Positions 1-9,898 of a stretch of DNA of 64,000 nucleotides are shown piece after piece. The notes beneath the pieces are model-generated. The model was not told where the DNA came from. It made no database searches and worked only from the letters and a program-made list of their open reading frames with translations. Position 1 is the stretch's first letter; each line of letters begins with the position of its first letter. Source of the DNA: Candidatus Bipolaricaulota bacterium. GTDB taxonomy: Bacteria; Patescibacteriota; Patescibacteriia; UBA11705; DATKZF01. Location of the stretch: positions 160,312-224,311 of the forward strand of contig DATKZF010000001.1 in NCBI GenBank assembly GCA_035528115.1, read 5' to 3'. A program made the position numbers and the translations under genes.

Positions 1-477
1 CACGGTTTTGCCAACGCCCGCGCCTCCGAACAAACCGACTTTGCCGCCTTTGGTGAACGGGCAAATCAAATCGATAACCTTAATGCCGGTTTCAAAAATC
101 TCAGTTTTAGTGGATTGCTCCGCGAAAGCCGGCGCCGGTCGGTGAATGGGATATTTCTTTTCGGCTATAATGGCTTCTTTATTGTCGATCGGCTGACCAA
201 GCACGTCAAACATTCTGCCGAGCGTGTTTTTGCCCACCGGCACTTCAATCGGCAATCCGGAATCGACAACGTCCAGATTTCGCCGTAAGCCTTCCGTGGT
301 TCCCAAGGCAATGGCTCGGATCATTGATCCTCCCAAATGATTTTGCACTTCGAGCACCAATTTATTATTTTCGCTCACGTTTACTTCCAAACTATTCAAT
401 AAACCGGGCAAACCGTCTTTGAATTCCACATCGACAACCGGCCCGATGACTCGCTTTATTTTTCCAATGTTTTTCAT
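1..477 (-). CDS. atpD: ATP synthase F1 beta subunit, N-terminal part (gene continues beyond window start)
   Basis: Reverse complement of 1..477 translates [25 protein letters not shown]...[15 protein letters not shown] (Walker A). It is absent from the ORF track because it is truncated by the window edge. Confidence 0.9.
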   Translation of the reverse strand, partial: MKNIGKIKRVIGPVVDVEFKDGLPGLLNSLEVNVSENNKLVLEVQNHLGGSMIRAIALGTTEGLRRNLDVVDSGLPIEVPVGKNTLGRMFDVLGQPIDNKEAIIAEKKYPIHRPAPAFAEQSTKTEIFETGIKVIDLICPFTKGGKVGLFGGAGVGKTV

Positions 478-482
478 ATGCG

Positions 483-660
483 ATATATTGATTAAAGATT
501 AAATAAATTGGAAACCGGAAACTGGAAACTAGAAATTGGGGTTGGACAAGAAAATTGCCTCATTGTTACATTGTTCCATTGTTACGTGATTCCCGCCTCC
601 GCTCTTAAGCTACGGCGGGCAGGCATGCTCCATGTTTCATGATACGTGATACGTGTTTCA
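483..660. repeat. Family-B intergenic element (CAATGNAACAATG-type direct repeats plus a GC hairpin), located between atpG and atpD
   Basis: ggaaactggaaactagaaattggggttggacaagaaaattgcctcattgttacattgttccattgttac followed by a cccgcctccgc...gcggcggg hairpin and catgctccatgtttcatgatacgtgatacgtg. A second copy lies at 38021-38190. Confidence 0.6.
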
Positions 661-1608
661 TTATACGGACTCCAAAGCCGCCTTGCCCGACGATATTTCA
701 ATAATTTCTTTGGTGATGGAAGACTGTCTGGCCTGATTATAAACCAAGCTAAGATCATCAATCATGTCTCCGGCCGCGTCCGAAGCCTGCCTCATGGCCA
801 TCATTCTGGCGCTGTGTTCGGAAGCGTTCGATTCAAGGGTCGCCTGATATATCTGAACTTCAACCAAACGCGGCAAAAGCGCTTCCAAAACCCGGCGCGG
901 ATCGGGCTCGAACAAATATTCATATTTAAATTCACCTTTGGTCAAATGCTTTGTTTGTTTTTCCTTCGCGAATTCCGGCGTCATGTGAATGCCTTTGCTT
1001 TTTCCCACCGCGCCCAAAAATTCATCTTCCATGGTAATAGGTAAAATCTGTTTTATTCTGGGAGTTTGTTTAATTGAAGAAAAGTAGTCGGTGTAACCGA
1101 TCAACACTTTATCATAAACGCCCTCCATATATTTTTCAATAATCATGTGCGACAATGAAGAAATTTCAGCGGACGATAAAATAATATCTTCTTTTGGAAA
1201 ATCCGCATCGATTTGATAACCGCTTCGAATCAACGCGTCGCGTCCCCGATTTCCAAAGGTTATCAATTCATGCTCGGCGGAGGCGTGTTTTTTTATGGAA
1301 TCAATCGCTTTCTGGGTTATTTGATTATTAAAACCGCTGCACAAACCTCTATTCGAACTTATTAAAACAATGGCCACTTTTTTCACTTTATCTCTCAATT
1401 TCAGCAACGGATGATATTTGGTCTCCGTTTTTTCCGCGATACTCAAAAGCATCTCCCAAGCCAAGTTGGAATAATCTCTCGTCGCCAACACGCCATCCAC
1501 GGCCTTTCTCATTTTCGCCGCCGCCACCATTTCCATGGCTTTGGTGATTTTTTTCGTGTTTTTGACGGATTTTATGCGTCGTTTGATTTCTCGCGATCCC
1601 GCTTGCAT
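661..1608 (-). CDS. atpG: ATP synthase F1 gamma subunit
   Basis: 315 aa starting MQAGSREIKRRIKSVKNTKKITKAMEMVAAAKMRKA, a typical gamma-chain N-terminus. It sits between atpA and atpD. Confidence 0.9.
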   Translation of the reverse strand: MQAGSREIKRRIKSVKNTKKITKAMEMVAAAKMRKAVDGVLATRDYSNLAWEMLLSIAEKTETKYHPLLKLRDKVKKVAIVLISSNRGLCSGFNNQITQKAIDSIKKHASAEHELITFGNRGRDALIRSGYQIDADFPKEDIILSSAEISSLSHMIIEKYMEGVYDKVLIGYTDYFSSIKQTPRIKQILPITMEDEFLGAVGKSKGIHMTPEFAKEKQTKHLTKGEFKYEYLFEPDPRRVLEALLPRLVEVQIYQATLESNASEHSARMMAMRQASDAAGDMIDDLSLVYNQARQSSITKEIIEISSGKAALESV

Positions 1609-1623
1609 AGTTTTTCCCGGTAA

Positions 1624-3177
1624 TTATTTAGCTTCGCCCTCTTCGGCGTCCGAGGACACCAGCATTTCCTTGACAGTTCCCTTATATTCTTCCACCAATC
1701 TTTTCATTTCATTTTCGATTTCTTCACTGAGATCTTTCTCCTTTTTGATTTTATCCAAAAGCCCTTTGGCTACGTTGTCCAAATATTTATGATAACCGGC
1801 TTCAAACAATCTGATCTTATCGGTTTTAACGTCGTCCAAATAACCGTTAACCGCGATATACAAAATCGCGATCTGATGCTCCACGGCCATGGGTTCGTAT
1901 TGACCTTGTTTCAATATTTCAGTGACTCGCTCCCCTCTTTCCAATTGCTTTCTGGTCGCTTCGTCAAGTTCGGAAGCGAACTGAGCGAAAGCCGCCAATT
2001 CTCGATATTGCGCCAAATCAAGTCTCAATTTGCCCGCCACTTTTTTCATCGCTTTCAGCTGAGCGGCCGAGCCCACGCGAGAAACCGACAAACCTATATT
2101 CAAAGCCGGTCTGATACCTTGATAAAACAAATCCGATTCCAAATAAATTTGCCCGTCCGTGATTGAAATCACATTGGTTGGAATATACGCTGACACATCT
2201 CCGGCCTGGGTCTCGATAATCGGCAAGGCCGTCAACGAACCGCCGCCTTCTTCTTCGCTTAATTTCGCGGCGCGCTCCAAAAGCCTGGAATGCAGGTAAA
2301 AAATATCTCCGGGATAAGCTTCTCTGCCCGGCGGTCGGCGCAAGAGCAAAGAAATTTCTCGATAAGACACGGCGTGCTTTGACAGATCATCATAAACAAC
2401 CAACACATCCTTGCCTTTGTCCATGAAAAACTCGCCAATGGCGCAACCGGAGTACGGCGCGATAAAAGACAACGAGGCCGAATCCGAAGCTCCCGCCACG
2501 ACTATAATGGTGTAATCCATGGCTCCCTTTTCTTCCAATTTGGATTTGATACGGGCGATTTTCGATTCTTTTTGGCCGATAGCCACATATATGCAAATCA
2601 TGTCTTGCCCTTTTTGATTGATAATGGCATCAATGGCAATGGCGCTTTTGCCGGTCTGACGATCGCCGATAATCAATTCCCTTTGGCCTCGGCCGATGGG
2701 AATCATCGAATCAATGGCTTTGATACCCGTTTGCACCGGCTGATTGACCGAGGATCTGGTGATCACTCCGGGCGCGATTTTTTCAATCGGATAAAATTGC
2801 TCGGCTTTTACCGGCGTTTTACCGTCAATAACATTACCGAGCGGATCGATGACTCTGCCAATCAAGCTTTCGGACACCGGCACTGACAGAATTTTTCCCG
2901 TGCTTTTTACTATGTCGCCTTCTTTAATTTTATGAAATTCACCCAAAACCATGGCTCCGACGCTATCTTCGTTTAAATTAAGCGCCACGCCGAGAACACC
3001 ATCGCCGAAATCAAGCATTTCCGAGGCCATCACGTCCGATAAGCCCGTGATTTTGGCAATGCCGTCGCCGACTTCAAGCACCTTACCCGTTTTTTCAATG
3101 GCCACGTCTTCTTTGAAATCTTCAATCTGCTTTTTCAGCATTTCCACTATGTGATCTTTTTTCAATGTTTTCTCCAT
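1624..3177 (-). CDS. atpA: ATP synthase F1 alpha subunit
   Basis: 517 aa with GDRQTGKS Walker A and alpha-subunit conservation throughout. Confidence 0.93.
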   Translation of the reverse strand: MEKTLKKDHIVEMLKKQIEDFKEDVAIEKTGKVLEVGDGIAKITGLSDVMASEMLDFGDGVLGVALNLNEDSVGAMVLGEFHKIKEGDIVKSTGKILSVPVSESLIGRVIDPLGNVIDGKTPVKAEQFYPIEKIAPGVITRSSVNQPVQTGIKAIDSMIPIGRGQRELIIGDRQTGKSAIAIDAIINQKGQDMICIYVAIGQKESKIARIKSKLEEKGAMDYTIIVVAGASDSASLSFIAPYSGCAIGEFFMDKGKDVLVVYDDLSKHAVSYREISLLLRRPPGREAYPGDIFYLHSRLLERAAKLSEEEGGGSLTALPIIETQAGDVSAYIPTNVISITDGQIYLESDLFYQGIRPALNIGLSVSRVGSAAQLKAMKKVAGKLRLDLAQYRELAAFAQFASELDEATRKQLERGERVTEILKQGQYEPMAVEHQIAILYIAVNGYLDDVKTDKIRLFEAGYHKYLDNVAKGLLDKIKKEKDLSEEIENEMKRLVEEYKGTVKEMLVSSDAEEGEAK

Positions 3178-3217
3178 AATATTTGAAATTTATGAATTAC
3201 TTTATTAATGGCCGCCC

Positions 3218-3763
3218 TCAATTTATTTCGCGGATATTATTCCTTAGCCTGTCCAGTTTTCCCGCGACCGATGAATCGATAATCATGTCATCGATGGTTA
3301 TGCGCAACCCTCCGATCAATTCCGTCGAAATGACATTATTTAATCTTATTTCTTTTTTTGTTCTTTCAAATAACGCTTTTTTGAGTTGATTCGCTTGATT
3401 CTTGTCCAAGGGCACGACCGATTCGATCACGGCCAACGAAATATTCGATCCTGCCAATCGTTCAGCCTTGGCGACTTCGTAGATTGGTCCCAAATTCAAA
3501 ATATTATCGCTTTGAATCAACAACCGCAAAAAATTTTTGTTTTTTTCTCCAATCGATTTTTCAAAAACAATATCCAACGCCTTTTCCTTGTTCGAGAATT
3601 TGACTTCCGGGTCAGCGAGATAGTTTTTTATTTCGATTCGTTTATTTAAAACTTCAACCATCGAATCAAGCTCTGACAATAACTCATCGGCTTCTGTTTC
3701 CGACTTGGCGGCGGCGATCAGAGCTTTCGCCAATTGATTTATGGAAAAATTATTCGCGGACAT
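3218..3763 (-). CDS. atpH: ATP synthase F1 delta subunit (OSCP)
   Basis: 181 aa, located between atpF and atpA. Helical delta-like N-terminus. Confidence 0.75.
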   Translation of the reverse strand: MSANNFSINQLAKALIAAAKSETEADELLSELDSMVEVLNKRIEIKNYLADPEVKFSNKEKALDIVFEKSIGEKNKNFLRLLIQSDNILNLGPIYEVAKAERLAGSNISLAVIESVVPLDKNQANQLKKALFERTKKEIRLNNVISTELIGGLRITIDDMIIDSSVAGKLDRLRNNIREIN

Positions 3764-3765
3764 AA

Positions 3766-4275
3766 TTAAATTTTAGCGGTTTTTAAATCTGAAATCGCTT
3801 CTTCGATCAACTTTTTCTGCGCCCGGGGATCGATTGAATCTTTAGTGACTCTGCGCGACGCCAAAAGCACTAATTCTCCCAATTCATTCTTAACGCCATC
3901 GACCATCGATTTTCTCTCCAAAACTATCTTTTCCTTGGCTTCCCTAACCACTTCGGCGGCGTCCTTTTTCGTCAAATCCAATTTGCTTTTGCGGGCTTCT
4001 TCAGCTCTGAGTATCGCCTCTTCAACTATCTTTTCGGCTTCCTTTCTTCCCAAGGCGATTTGATTCTCCCTTTCTATTTTGGACTTTTTCAAATTTTCCT
4101 CGACTTTTTCAGCATTTTTAAGACTCGTGGAAACTTTATTTTCCCGGTCATGCAAAAGTTTCAAAATCGGCTTGTAGGCGAATTTATACAGCACGAAAAG
4201 CACTATGCCGAAATTCACGGCCTGCGCCAACAATAATTTCCAGTCTATACCGAGTTTATGAAGTAATTCTTCCAT
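3766..4275 (-). CDS. atpF: ATP synthase Fo subunit b
   Basis: 169 aa with one N-terminal TM helix and a long charged coiled coil. Operon position. Confidence 0.8.
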   Translation of the reverse strand: MEELLHKLGIDWKLLLAQAVNFGIVLFVLYKFAYKPILKLLHDRENKVSTSLKNAEKVEENLKKSKIERENQIALGRKEAEKIVEEAILRAEEARKSKLDLTKKDAAEVVREAKEKIVLERKSMVDGVKNELGELVLLASRRVTKDSIDPRAQKKLIEEAISDLKTAKI

Positions 4276-4338
4276 AAAAATTTATAATTAATTCACAGCC
4301 GCCCTGTAACTTATATTTTACAGAGCGGGTAGAAATAA

Positions 4339-4566
4339 CTAAACGAATTTTACAATCAAAGCGATCACCAAAGCGTAAATGGCCACGGCTTCCGCGAAAG
4401 CGATGCCGATAATCATCGGAGCTTGAATTTTCGAGGCTGACTCCGGATTTCTGCCGATCGAGTCCAGGGCCTTTGAACCGATTTTGCCAATGGCGAGTGT
4501 CGGACCGAAACCGCCCAAAGCGATGGTCAAACCGGCGATAATCGTTTTAAATACATCTTCATTCAT
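4339..4566 (-). CDS. atpE: ATP synthase Fo subunit c
   Basis: 75 aa two-helix proteolipid, GIAFAEAVAIYALVIALIV with a conserved carboxylate. Confidence 0.9.
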   Translation of the reverse strand: MNEDVFKTIIAGLTIALGGFGPTLAIGKIGSKALDSIGRNPESASKIQAPMIIGIAFAEAVAIYALVIALIVKFV

Positions 4567-4646
4567 AAATATTCGATAACGTTTCTCGACTTTAAATTTT
4601 CACTTGTTTGTTTAGAGTCTGAGACGTTATCTTTAATAATAATCAA

Positions 4647-5399
4647 TCAATGTTCATGCTCCATGGTTTGCACGCTCAAGAATACCAAGGTCAACATGGC
4701 GAAAACCACAGCTTGAATCAAGCCGACGAATATTTCCAAAAACAAAAAAGGCAATGGAGCGATGTACGGCACCAAAAACGCCACGACCGTCAATAATACT
4801 TCGCCGGCGAAAACATTTCCGAATAACCTGAACGAAAACGAAATCGTTTTGGCCACCTCTCCTATCGTTTCCAAAATCCCGATGAAAAACATAATCGGAT
4901 TTTTTATCAAATTTTTCAAACTGATGAATTTGCCCACGTGCTTGACCACTCCCAAAGTGACTATGCCGAAAAAATGAGTGGCGGCCACCGCGATCACGGC
5001 CACGGCCAGCGTCATATTCAAGTCAGCGCTGCCCGCTCGAAAAAGAGGCACGAAAGCTTCCTTGCCCTCATGCAATTCGTGAAAACCGATGGAACCGACG
5101 CCCGGCAACAGGCCTACCCAATTGCAAAAAATAACGAATAAAAATATGGTGGTTACGATCGGAAAAAATTTGATCGACAGTTTTCTGGAACCCGTGACTC
5201 CATCCATGACATTCAAAAAACCGTCAAAAATCATTTCCACCAAATTTTGATAGCCTTTCGGTTCTTTTTTTAACTTTTTTTTCAAAACGACAGCCGCCAC
5301 TATCAAAAAACACACCACGACCCAGGTGGTCAAAAGTGAATTGGTGATCGTGAATTTCCCAAGATGAAATATTGGTTCGGCGGACAGGGATATCTCCAT
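4647..5399 (-). CDS. atpB: ATP synthase Fo subunit a
   Basis: 250 aa polytopic membrane protein with the conserved Arg region (FRLFGNVFAGE). Confidence 0.9.
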   Translation of the reverse strand: MEISLSAEPIFHLGKFTITNSLLTTWVVVCFLIVAAVVLKKKLKKEPKGYQNLVEMIFDGFLNVMDGVTGSRKLSIKFFPIVTTIFLFVIFCNWVGLLPGVGSIGFHELHEGKEAFVPLFRAGSADLNMTLAVAVIAVAATHFFGIVTLGVVKHVGKFISLKNLIKNPIMFFIGILETIGEVAKTISFSFRLFGNVFAGEVLLTVVAFLVPYIAPLPFLFLEIFVGLIQAVVFAMLTLVFLSVQTMEHEH

Positions 5400-5400
5400 A

Positions 5401-5640
5401 CGTTACACGTTACGAATTATTACTTCTGAATTAGCTAGCCTTGGGTTTTGTCTGTTTCTTTTATTACGAATAATTACAAATACGTTACGAATACGTTACA
5501 AATTACTGCAGCTGGTAAGTTTGCCTTGGCGTTATGTTTATTACAAATACGTTACGAATTATTACTTCTAAATTAGCTAGCCTTGGATTTTGGCTCTTTG
5601 TTTAGGTGACGTTACGAATATCTGGCTAGCCTTGGTTTTA
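5401..5640. repeat. Tandem direct repeats (about 2.5 copies, period about 140 bp) containing the ACGTTACGAAT core, upstream of the atp operon
   Basis: acgttacgaattattacttct[ga]aattagctagccttgg at 5403-5448 and 5545-5592, with a partial third copy at 5609-5638. Confidence 0.6.
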
Positions 5641-5666
5641 AAAAACTGCAACCGCAATGCCGATTT

Positions 5667-5942
5667 CTACTCTCTCTTGCCTACTGCCTCCTTTTTATCA
5701 TCATCCTTGTTTATTTCGGCGAAGATTTTTATTATCTTGAAATATATCAACCAACTGGATATAAACAGCGAAAGAATTATCCCGATCAATAAAAGCCAAG
5801 GCGAGGTCTCAAACCTTTCATCCAAAAACCTGCCGATCAAAGCCAGAGCCACCAATGGGACTGCGATGGTATAGCCGAGCTGAAAAGTCAGGCCGAGCGC
5901 GAATACCCATGGTTTTTTGTCTTTTTCTTTGTCGTTTTCCAT
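5667..5942 (-). CDS. AtpZ/AtpI-like small membrane protein that leads the atp operon. The start is uncertain: the listed ORF extends to 5987 but the predicted TSS is about 5985.
   Basis: Two predicted TM helices (PWVFALGLTF.., WLLLIGIILSLF..). It is the first gene of the operon. The alternative start MENDKEKDKKPW lies downstream of the promoter mapped at 5992-6020. Confidence 0.55.
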   Translation of the reverse strand: MENDKEKDKKPWVFALGLTFQLGYTIAVPLVALALIGRFLDERFETSPWLLLIGIILSLFISSWLIYFKIIKIFAEINKDDDKKEAVGKRE

Positions 5943-5991
5943 TTTTTCAAAATAAATAAATTTCATCCCTCTGTGGATAAAAATCACTTAT

Positions 5992-6020
5992 ATAATAGAG
6001 AAAAATTTTAAAACGGTCAA
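5992..6020 (-). promoter_or_regulatory. atp operon promoter TTGACC-N17-TATTAT on the minus strand, with a DnaA-box 9-mer at the predicted TSS
   Basis: Reverse complement of 6015-6020 is TTGACC, and of 5992-5997 is TATTAT, with a 17-nt spacer. TGTGGATAA at 5972-5980 lies within about 5-13 nt of the predicted start. Confidence 0.5.
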
Positions 6021-6034
6021 GCCTAAAAAAACGT

Positions 6035-6883
6035 TTAATCCCCCATTGGAAGATTAAACAGTCTTTTCGCGTTTTGAAAAGTCAGCTCAGCGGCCTCGAC
6101 GTACTCAATTTTTCTCAAAGCGCTTATTTTTTCAATTATATATTCAACAAAAATCGGTTCGTTTCTTTGCCCACGATAAGGCGCGGGAGTCAAATACGGA
6201 CAATCGGTTTCGGACAATATTTTATCTTCGGGCATTTTTGAGACGACCTCAAGCAATTCAAGCGATTTGCTGTAAGTGATGATACCGGTAAAGCCCAAAT
6301 AAAAGCCCAAGTCCAGAAATTCTTTGGCGACTTGCCAATCACCGGCAAAACAATGCAAAACCCCTAATCCTTTCACCTCATGCTTCTTTAAAATTTCAAT
6401 CAGATCTACGTAAGCGTCTTTGGGACTATTTTGGGAGCCGCGGCAATGCAAAATAACGGGTAAATGCAGGCCGTTGGCCAGTTCGAGGTGATCGATCAAT
6501 AAATTTTTCTGCGTTTCCTTTTGCTCCGCGACCGAGACTCGCGAATTAAGATGATAATAATCCAAGCCGGTCTCACCAATGGCCACGCACTCGGATCGGC
6601 CGGCCAACAGCTCAAATCCCGCGAAATCAAAATTCTCGGCGCTCGTTTTTATTTTCTCTCCCTCCTCTTCGAAAATCTGTTCGAAAAGATGCACGGGATG
6701 AAGACCGATCGCCGCAAACACATTTGGGCGCGCGTCCGCCAGTTCAACGGCCTTTTGGCTGGTCGAAAAATTGGAACCGACATTAATCATCGCGGTTTTC
6801 TTTTCTTTGGCTCGCGCCATCACTTCGCCGCGGTCTTTATCGAACGCTTTGAAATTCACGTGACTGTGAGTATCTATAATCAT
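6035..6883 (-). CDS. tatD: TatD-family metal-dependent DNase/hydrolase
   Basis: MIIDTHSHVNF... His-rich TIM-barrel motifs. The start shares an ATGA overlap with the stop of the upstream cvpA. Confidence 0.85.
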   Translation of the reverse strand: MIIDTHSHVNFKAFDKDRGEVMARAKEKKTAMINVGSNFSTSQKAVELADARPNVFAAIGLHPVHLFEQIFEEEGEKIKTSAENFDFAGFELLAGRSECVAIGETGLDYYHLNSRVSVAEQKETQKNLLIDHLELANGLHLPVILHCRGSQNSPKDAYVDLIEILKKHEVKGLGVLHCFAGDWQVAKEFLDLGFYLGFTGIITYSKSLELLEVVSKMPEDKILSETDCPYLTPAPYRGQRNEPIFVEYIIEKISALRKIEYVEAAELTFQNAKRLFNLPMGD

Positions 6884-7374
6884 AAATGGCTTTTTATTTC
6901 TCTGTAAATTTTCGGCACCAGCGGAATCCAAATATAAGCGATGGTCATCAATGGAGCCAATAATCTGGATTGATCAATTTGACCGGACAACCAAGGACTG
7001 ATCACCGACAACTTAATGGTCATCCACATAAGAAACGAAGCGAATAAAAGTCCGCTGACAAGTCCCAAACCGGAGCCCAGCAGGCGCCCCAGCGTTTTCG
7101 AACCGGGGATGAAAGAGAATACGCCGAATATTTTTTCCACGATCCAAATCGCCAAATGAACAATCAATGATATGGCGATAAGCGCCAGAATGAAAATTAT
7201 CACTTTACTTAAAAATCCATCGACTTTTGACATTAACCAAGGATAAATTCTGGCCAAAATCAAAATCGTTAAAACAAAACCCAAAAGCGAACCGAGACTT
7301 TGAACAAAACCTTTTTTGTAGCCTCCGATCACAAAAGCGGCGACAAGTATAACCGCGATTATGTCTAAAATCAT
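6880..7374 (-). CDS. cvpA: CvpA-family membrane protein
   Basis: 164 aa with 4 TM helices and CvpA-like hydrophobic organisation. Confidence 0.6.
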   Translation of the reverse strand: MILDIIAVILVAAFVIGGYKKGFVQSLGSLLGFVLTILILARIYPWLMSKVDGFLSKVIIFILALIAISLIVHLAIWIVEKIFGVFSFIPGSKTLGRLLGSGLGLVSGLLFASFLMWMTIKLSVISPWLSGQIDQSRLLAPLMTIAYIWIPLVPKIYREIKSHL

Positions 7375-7380
7375 ATATTT

Positions 7381-8916
7381 TTATTTTCTGGGGAATAGAG
7401 CTTCCCCTTTATTTATTTTTGATCCGGGTTTCAATCCGCCCCATTTCATCCGTTTCTCTAATTTTTCATTCAATTCATTTTTGAGGGCGAGCCGGGAAAA
7501 AATATCGCCGGCCGCTCCGGGCATAATCGGATAAATCATTCTAGCTATATGCCTGAGAGTCTCGCAAGAGACATAAATCGCCTCGGCCAATTCAGTCTTG
7601 TTTTTTTCGTCCTTGGCCAATTCCCACGGTTTTTTTTCGGCGATAAAGGCATCCAGCGCTTTTGAGAGACTGTTCACCAAACTTACCGCATCGAATATTT
7701 TCAAATTCTTAAAACAGTCCAAATATTTTTCCCAATATTTTTTCATGCCAAAAGGCTCATGCTTTTTATCTTTCGGCGCGGGAACCACATTGTCAAAGTA
7801 CTTTTCGGCCATGCTTAAAACCCGGCTGGTCAAATTGCCGATGCCATTGGCCAAATCGGAGTTGTATTTATTGGCGAAAGACTCCGCTTTGATGTGGCCG
7901 TCTTCTCCGAATTGAAATTGGGAAACAATCAAGTACCTGGCCGCGTCCAAGCCGTATTCATCGATCAAATCCATCGGATCAATGGTGTTGCCCAAAGTCT
8001 TGCTCATTTTTTTGCCGTCAATGGTTAAATATCCGTGCACAAATAATTTATCCGGCAAGTCAAGCCCCAAAGATATCAATATGGCAGGCCAAATGACCGC
8101 GTGAAATTTCAAAATGTCTTTGCCCAGCAGCTGAAGATCAGCAGGCCAAAAATTGTTGAATTTCTTTTGATCGTTCGAGCCATATCCCAAAGCGGTTATA
8201 TAATTCATCAGCGCTTCAACCCAAACGTAAACCGTTTGTTTCTCATCAAACGGCAGTTTTATCCCCCACTCAACCTTAGTCCTGCTGATGGCAATGTCTT
8301 CCAAACCGCCTTCCAGCAATCCCAACACTTCATTTTTCCTTTTTTCCGGAAGAATTTTCAACTCGCCTTTGGATATTTTTTTAACGATAATGTCTCTGAA
8401 ATCGGACAGCCTGAAAAACCAATTTTTTTCGCTGACCGCTTCCGGCTTGGTTTGATGATTCGGACACAAACCGTTTTCCAAATCTTCTTCTTTCAAATAA
8501 GCTTCACAGCCCACGCAATACAAGCCTTCATATTCTTTTTCGAAAAAAATATCATGGCCGAGCGGCGTTTTCTTTGTTTTCAAAATATTTAAAATATTTT
8601 TGACCGCGTCTTCATGCCTTTTTTCCGTAGTTCTGATGAAATCATTATTGGAAATATCGAGGGAATCCCAGGCCAATTGAAACTTGGCGGAGACCTCGTC
8701 GCAAAATTTTTGAGGCGAAACATTGTTCTTTTTGGCGGCCTGCTCCACTTTGGCGCCATGCTCATCCGTGCCGGTCAAAAACCAAACTCTGTCGCCGCCC
8801 AGCAGCTGACGATGAAATCTGGCCAAAATATCGGCCATCAAGGTGGTGTAGGCGTGGCCGATGTGCGGTTGGGAATTAACGTAATAGATCGGCGTGGTAA
8901 TATAATATTTTTTCAT
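7381..8916 (-). CDS. metG: Methionyl-tRNA synthetase
   Basis: PIYYVNSQPHIGHAYTT (HIGH motif), KMSKTLGN (KMSKS motif), and CxxC knuckles. Confidence 0.93.
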   Translation of the reverse strand: MKKYYITTPIYYVNSQPHIGHAYTTLMADILARFHRQLLGGDRVWFLTGTDEHGAKVEQAAKKNNVSPQKFCDEVSAKFQLAWDSLDISNNDFIRTTEKRHEDAVKNILNILKTKKTPLGHDIFFEKEYEGLYCVGCEAYLKEEDLENGLCPNHQTKPEAVSEKNWFFRLSDFRDIIVKKISKGELKILPEKRKNEVLGLLEGGLEDIAISRTKVEWGIKLPFDEKQTVYVWVEALMNYITALGYGSNDQKKFNNFWPADLQLLGKDILKFHAVIWPAILISLGLDLPDKLFVHGYLTIDGKKMSKTLGNTIDPMDLIDEYGLDAARYLIVSQFQFGEDGHIKAESFANKYNSDLANGIGNLTSRVLSMAEKYFDNVVPAPKDKKHEPFGMKKYWEKYLDCFKNLKIFDAVSLVNSLSKALDAFIAEKKPWELAKDEKNKTELAEAIYVSCETLRHIARMIYPIMPGAAGDIFSRLALKNELNEKLEKRMKWGGLKPGSKINKGEALFPRK

Positions 8917-8987
8917 ATGTCTGTGTATTTGATAATGCTCCGGAAATAGCGACTTGACAAATCAATCTGATTCAGCTATTTTATACA

Positions 8988-9127
8988 GACGGGCTTGAGG
9001 CGGTTGTTTCCCATTATTCACCTTGGTCCGGTTGACTCAAGTTGTGTTGACCGCCGGGGAGCTACGCTTTGCGCCTTCCTCCCGCAGAGCGTAACACACA
9101 TAATGAGAGATAAACGCTTCGCCCGTC
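8988..9127 (+). ncRNA. Candidate structured small RNA of unknown class. An SRP-RNA-like fold was considered and not confirmed. The strand is tentative.
   Basis: About 140-nt GC-rich intergenic segment closed by GACGGGC (8988-8994) pairing with GCCCGTC (9121-9127). A TTGACA (8954-8959) sits about 17-19 nt upstream of a weak TATTTT -10, placing a TSS right at the 5-prime stem arm. The segment has no ORF. Confidence 0.3.
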
Positions 9128-9130
9128 ACC

Positions 9131-9835
9131 TTACTCTGATGCTTGCGACAATCGCGGCATCTTTTTATTTCCGGCGACAATGACAGCGAATTCTCCTTTA
9201 ACTTCGCTGTCGGAAAAATTTTCTTTCAATGATTCGATCTTGCCGCGATAAATCGTTTCATGCATCTTGGTCAGCTCGCGACCGATAACCATCTGCCTCT
9301 CCGGCATCAATTCCGCCAAATCACCCAATGTTCTCATAATTCGATGAACCGATTCGTAAAAAATGACCGGGATCTCCGAATTCATTATTTTTTCATAAAT
9401 TTTTCTTCTGCCTTTTTTGTGAGGTAAAAACCCCAAAAAAATAAAATTATCCATGGGCAGTCCGGCCACGCTGATCAAAGTCGAAAAAGCCGCCGGACCT
9501 GGCAAAGGAATCGTTGTTATTCCCGCAGCAGCAGCGGCTTCGGCCAATTTGCCTCCGGGATCCGAAACATTGGGCGTGCCCGCGTCGCTGACATAAACAA
9601 CGTTTTGTCCGCCTTTGATTTTTTCTATCAACTCCTTGATTTTATGCGGCGAAGAATGCTGATGATAACTGATTGTCGGCTTATCGATGCCGTAATGCGT
9701 CAAAAGCTTTCGAGTGTGCCTGGTGTCTTCGCAAACAATCAAATTTGCTTCTTTCAAAGTCTCAACAACGCGATAAGTTATATCTTTCAAATTCCCTATC
9801 GGCGTGGCCGCGATATATAAATTTCCTGATTCCAT
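9131..9835 (-). CDS. rsmI: 16S rRNA (cytidine1402-2'-O)-methyltransferase
   Basis: NLYIAATPIGNLKDIT...VCEDTRHTRKLL, the typical RsmI N-terminus. Confidence 0.88.
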   Translation of the reverse strand: MESGNLYIAATPIGNLKDITYRVVETLKEANLIVCEDTRHTRKLLTHYGIDKPTISYHQHSSPHKIKELIEKIKGGQNVVYVSDAGTPNVSDPGGKLAEAAAAAGITTIPLPGPAAFSTLISVAGLPMDNFIFLGFLPHKKGRRKIYEKIMNSEIPVIFYESVHRIMRTLGDLAELMPERQMVIGRELTKMHETIYRGKIESLKENFSDSEVKGEFAVIVAGNKKMPRLSQASE

Positions 9836-9864
9836 ATGTTTTCATTATAGCAAAAACTTAACTT

Positions 9865-9892
9865 TTTTCAATTGCCGGCTTCATGATATAAT
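9865..9892 (+). promoter_or_regulatory. Sigma-70-like promoter (TTTTCA-N16-TATAAT) placed to give a leaderless methyltransferase mRNA
   Basis: TATAAT at 9887-9892 is only 6 nt upstream of the ATG at 9899. A weak -35 is at 9865-9870. Confidence 0.4.
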
Positions 9893-9898
9893 AGGCTC

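Noticed and set aside
646-3154. Plus-strand ORFs (646-1044, 1411-1623, 1535-1792, 1789-2166, 2572-2886, 2951-3154) overlapping the atp genes
   Set aside because: They are antisense to clearly identified ATP synthase subunits with strong motif support and have low-complexity translations. They are shadow ORFs.
5590-5874. 94-aa plus-strand ORF
   Set aside because: It starts inside the tandem-repeat spacer and runs antisense into the atpI-like gene, with no ribosome binding site and a low-complexity translation.
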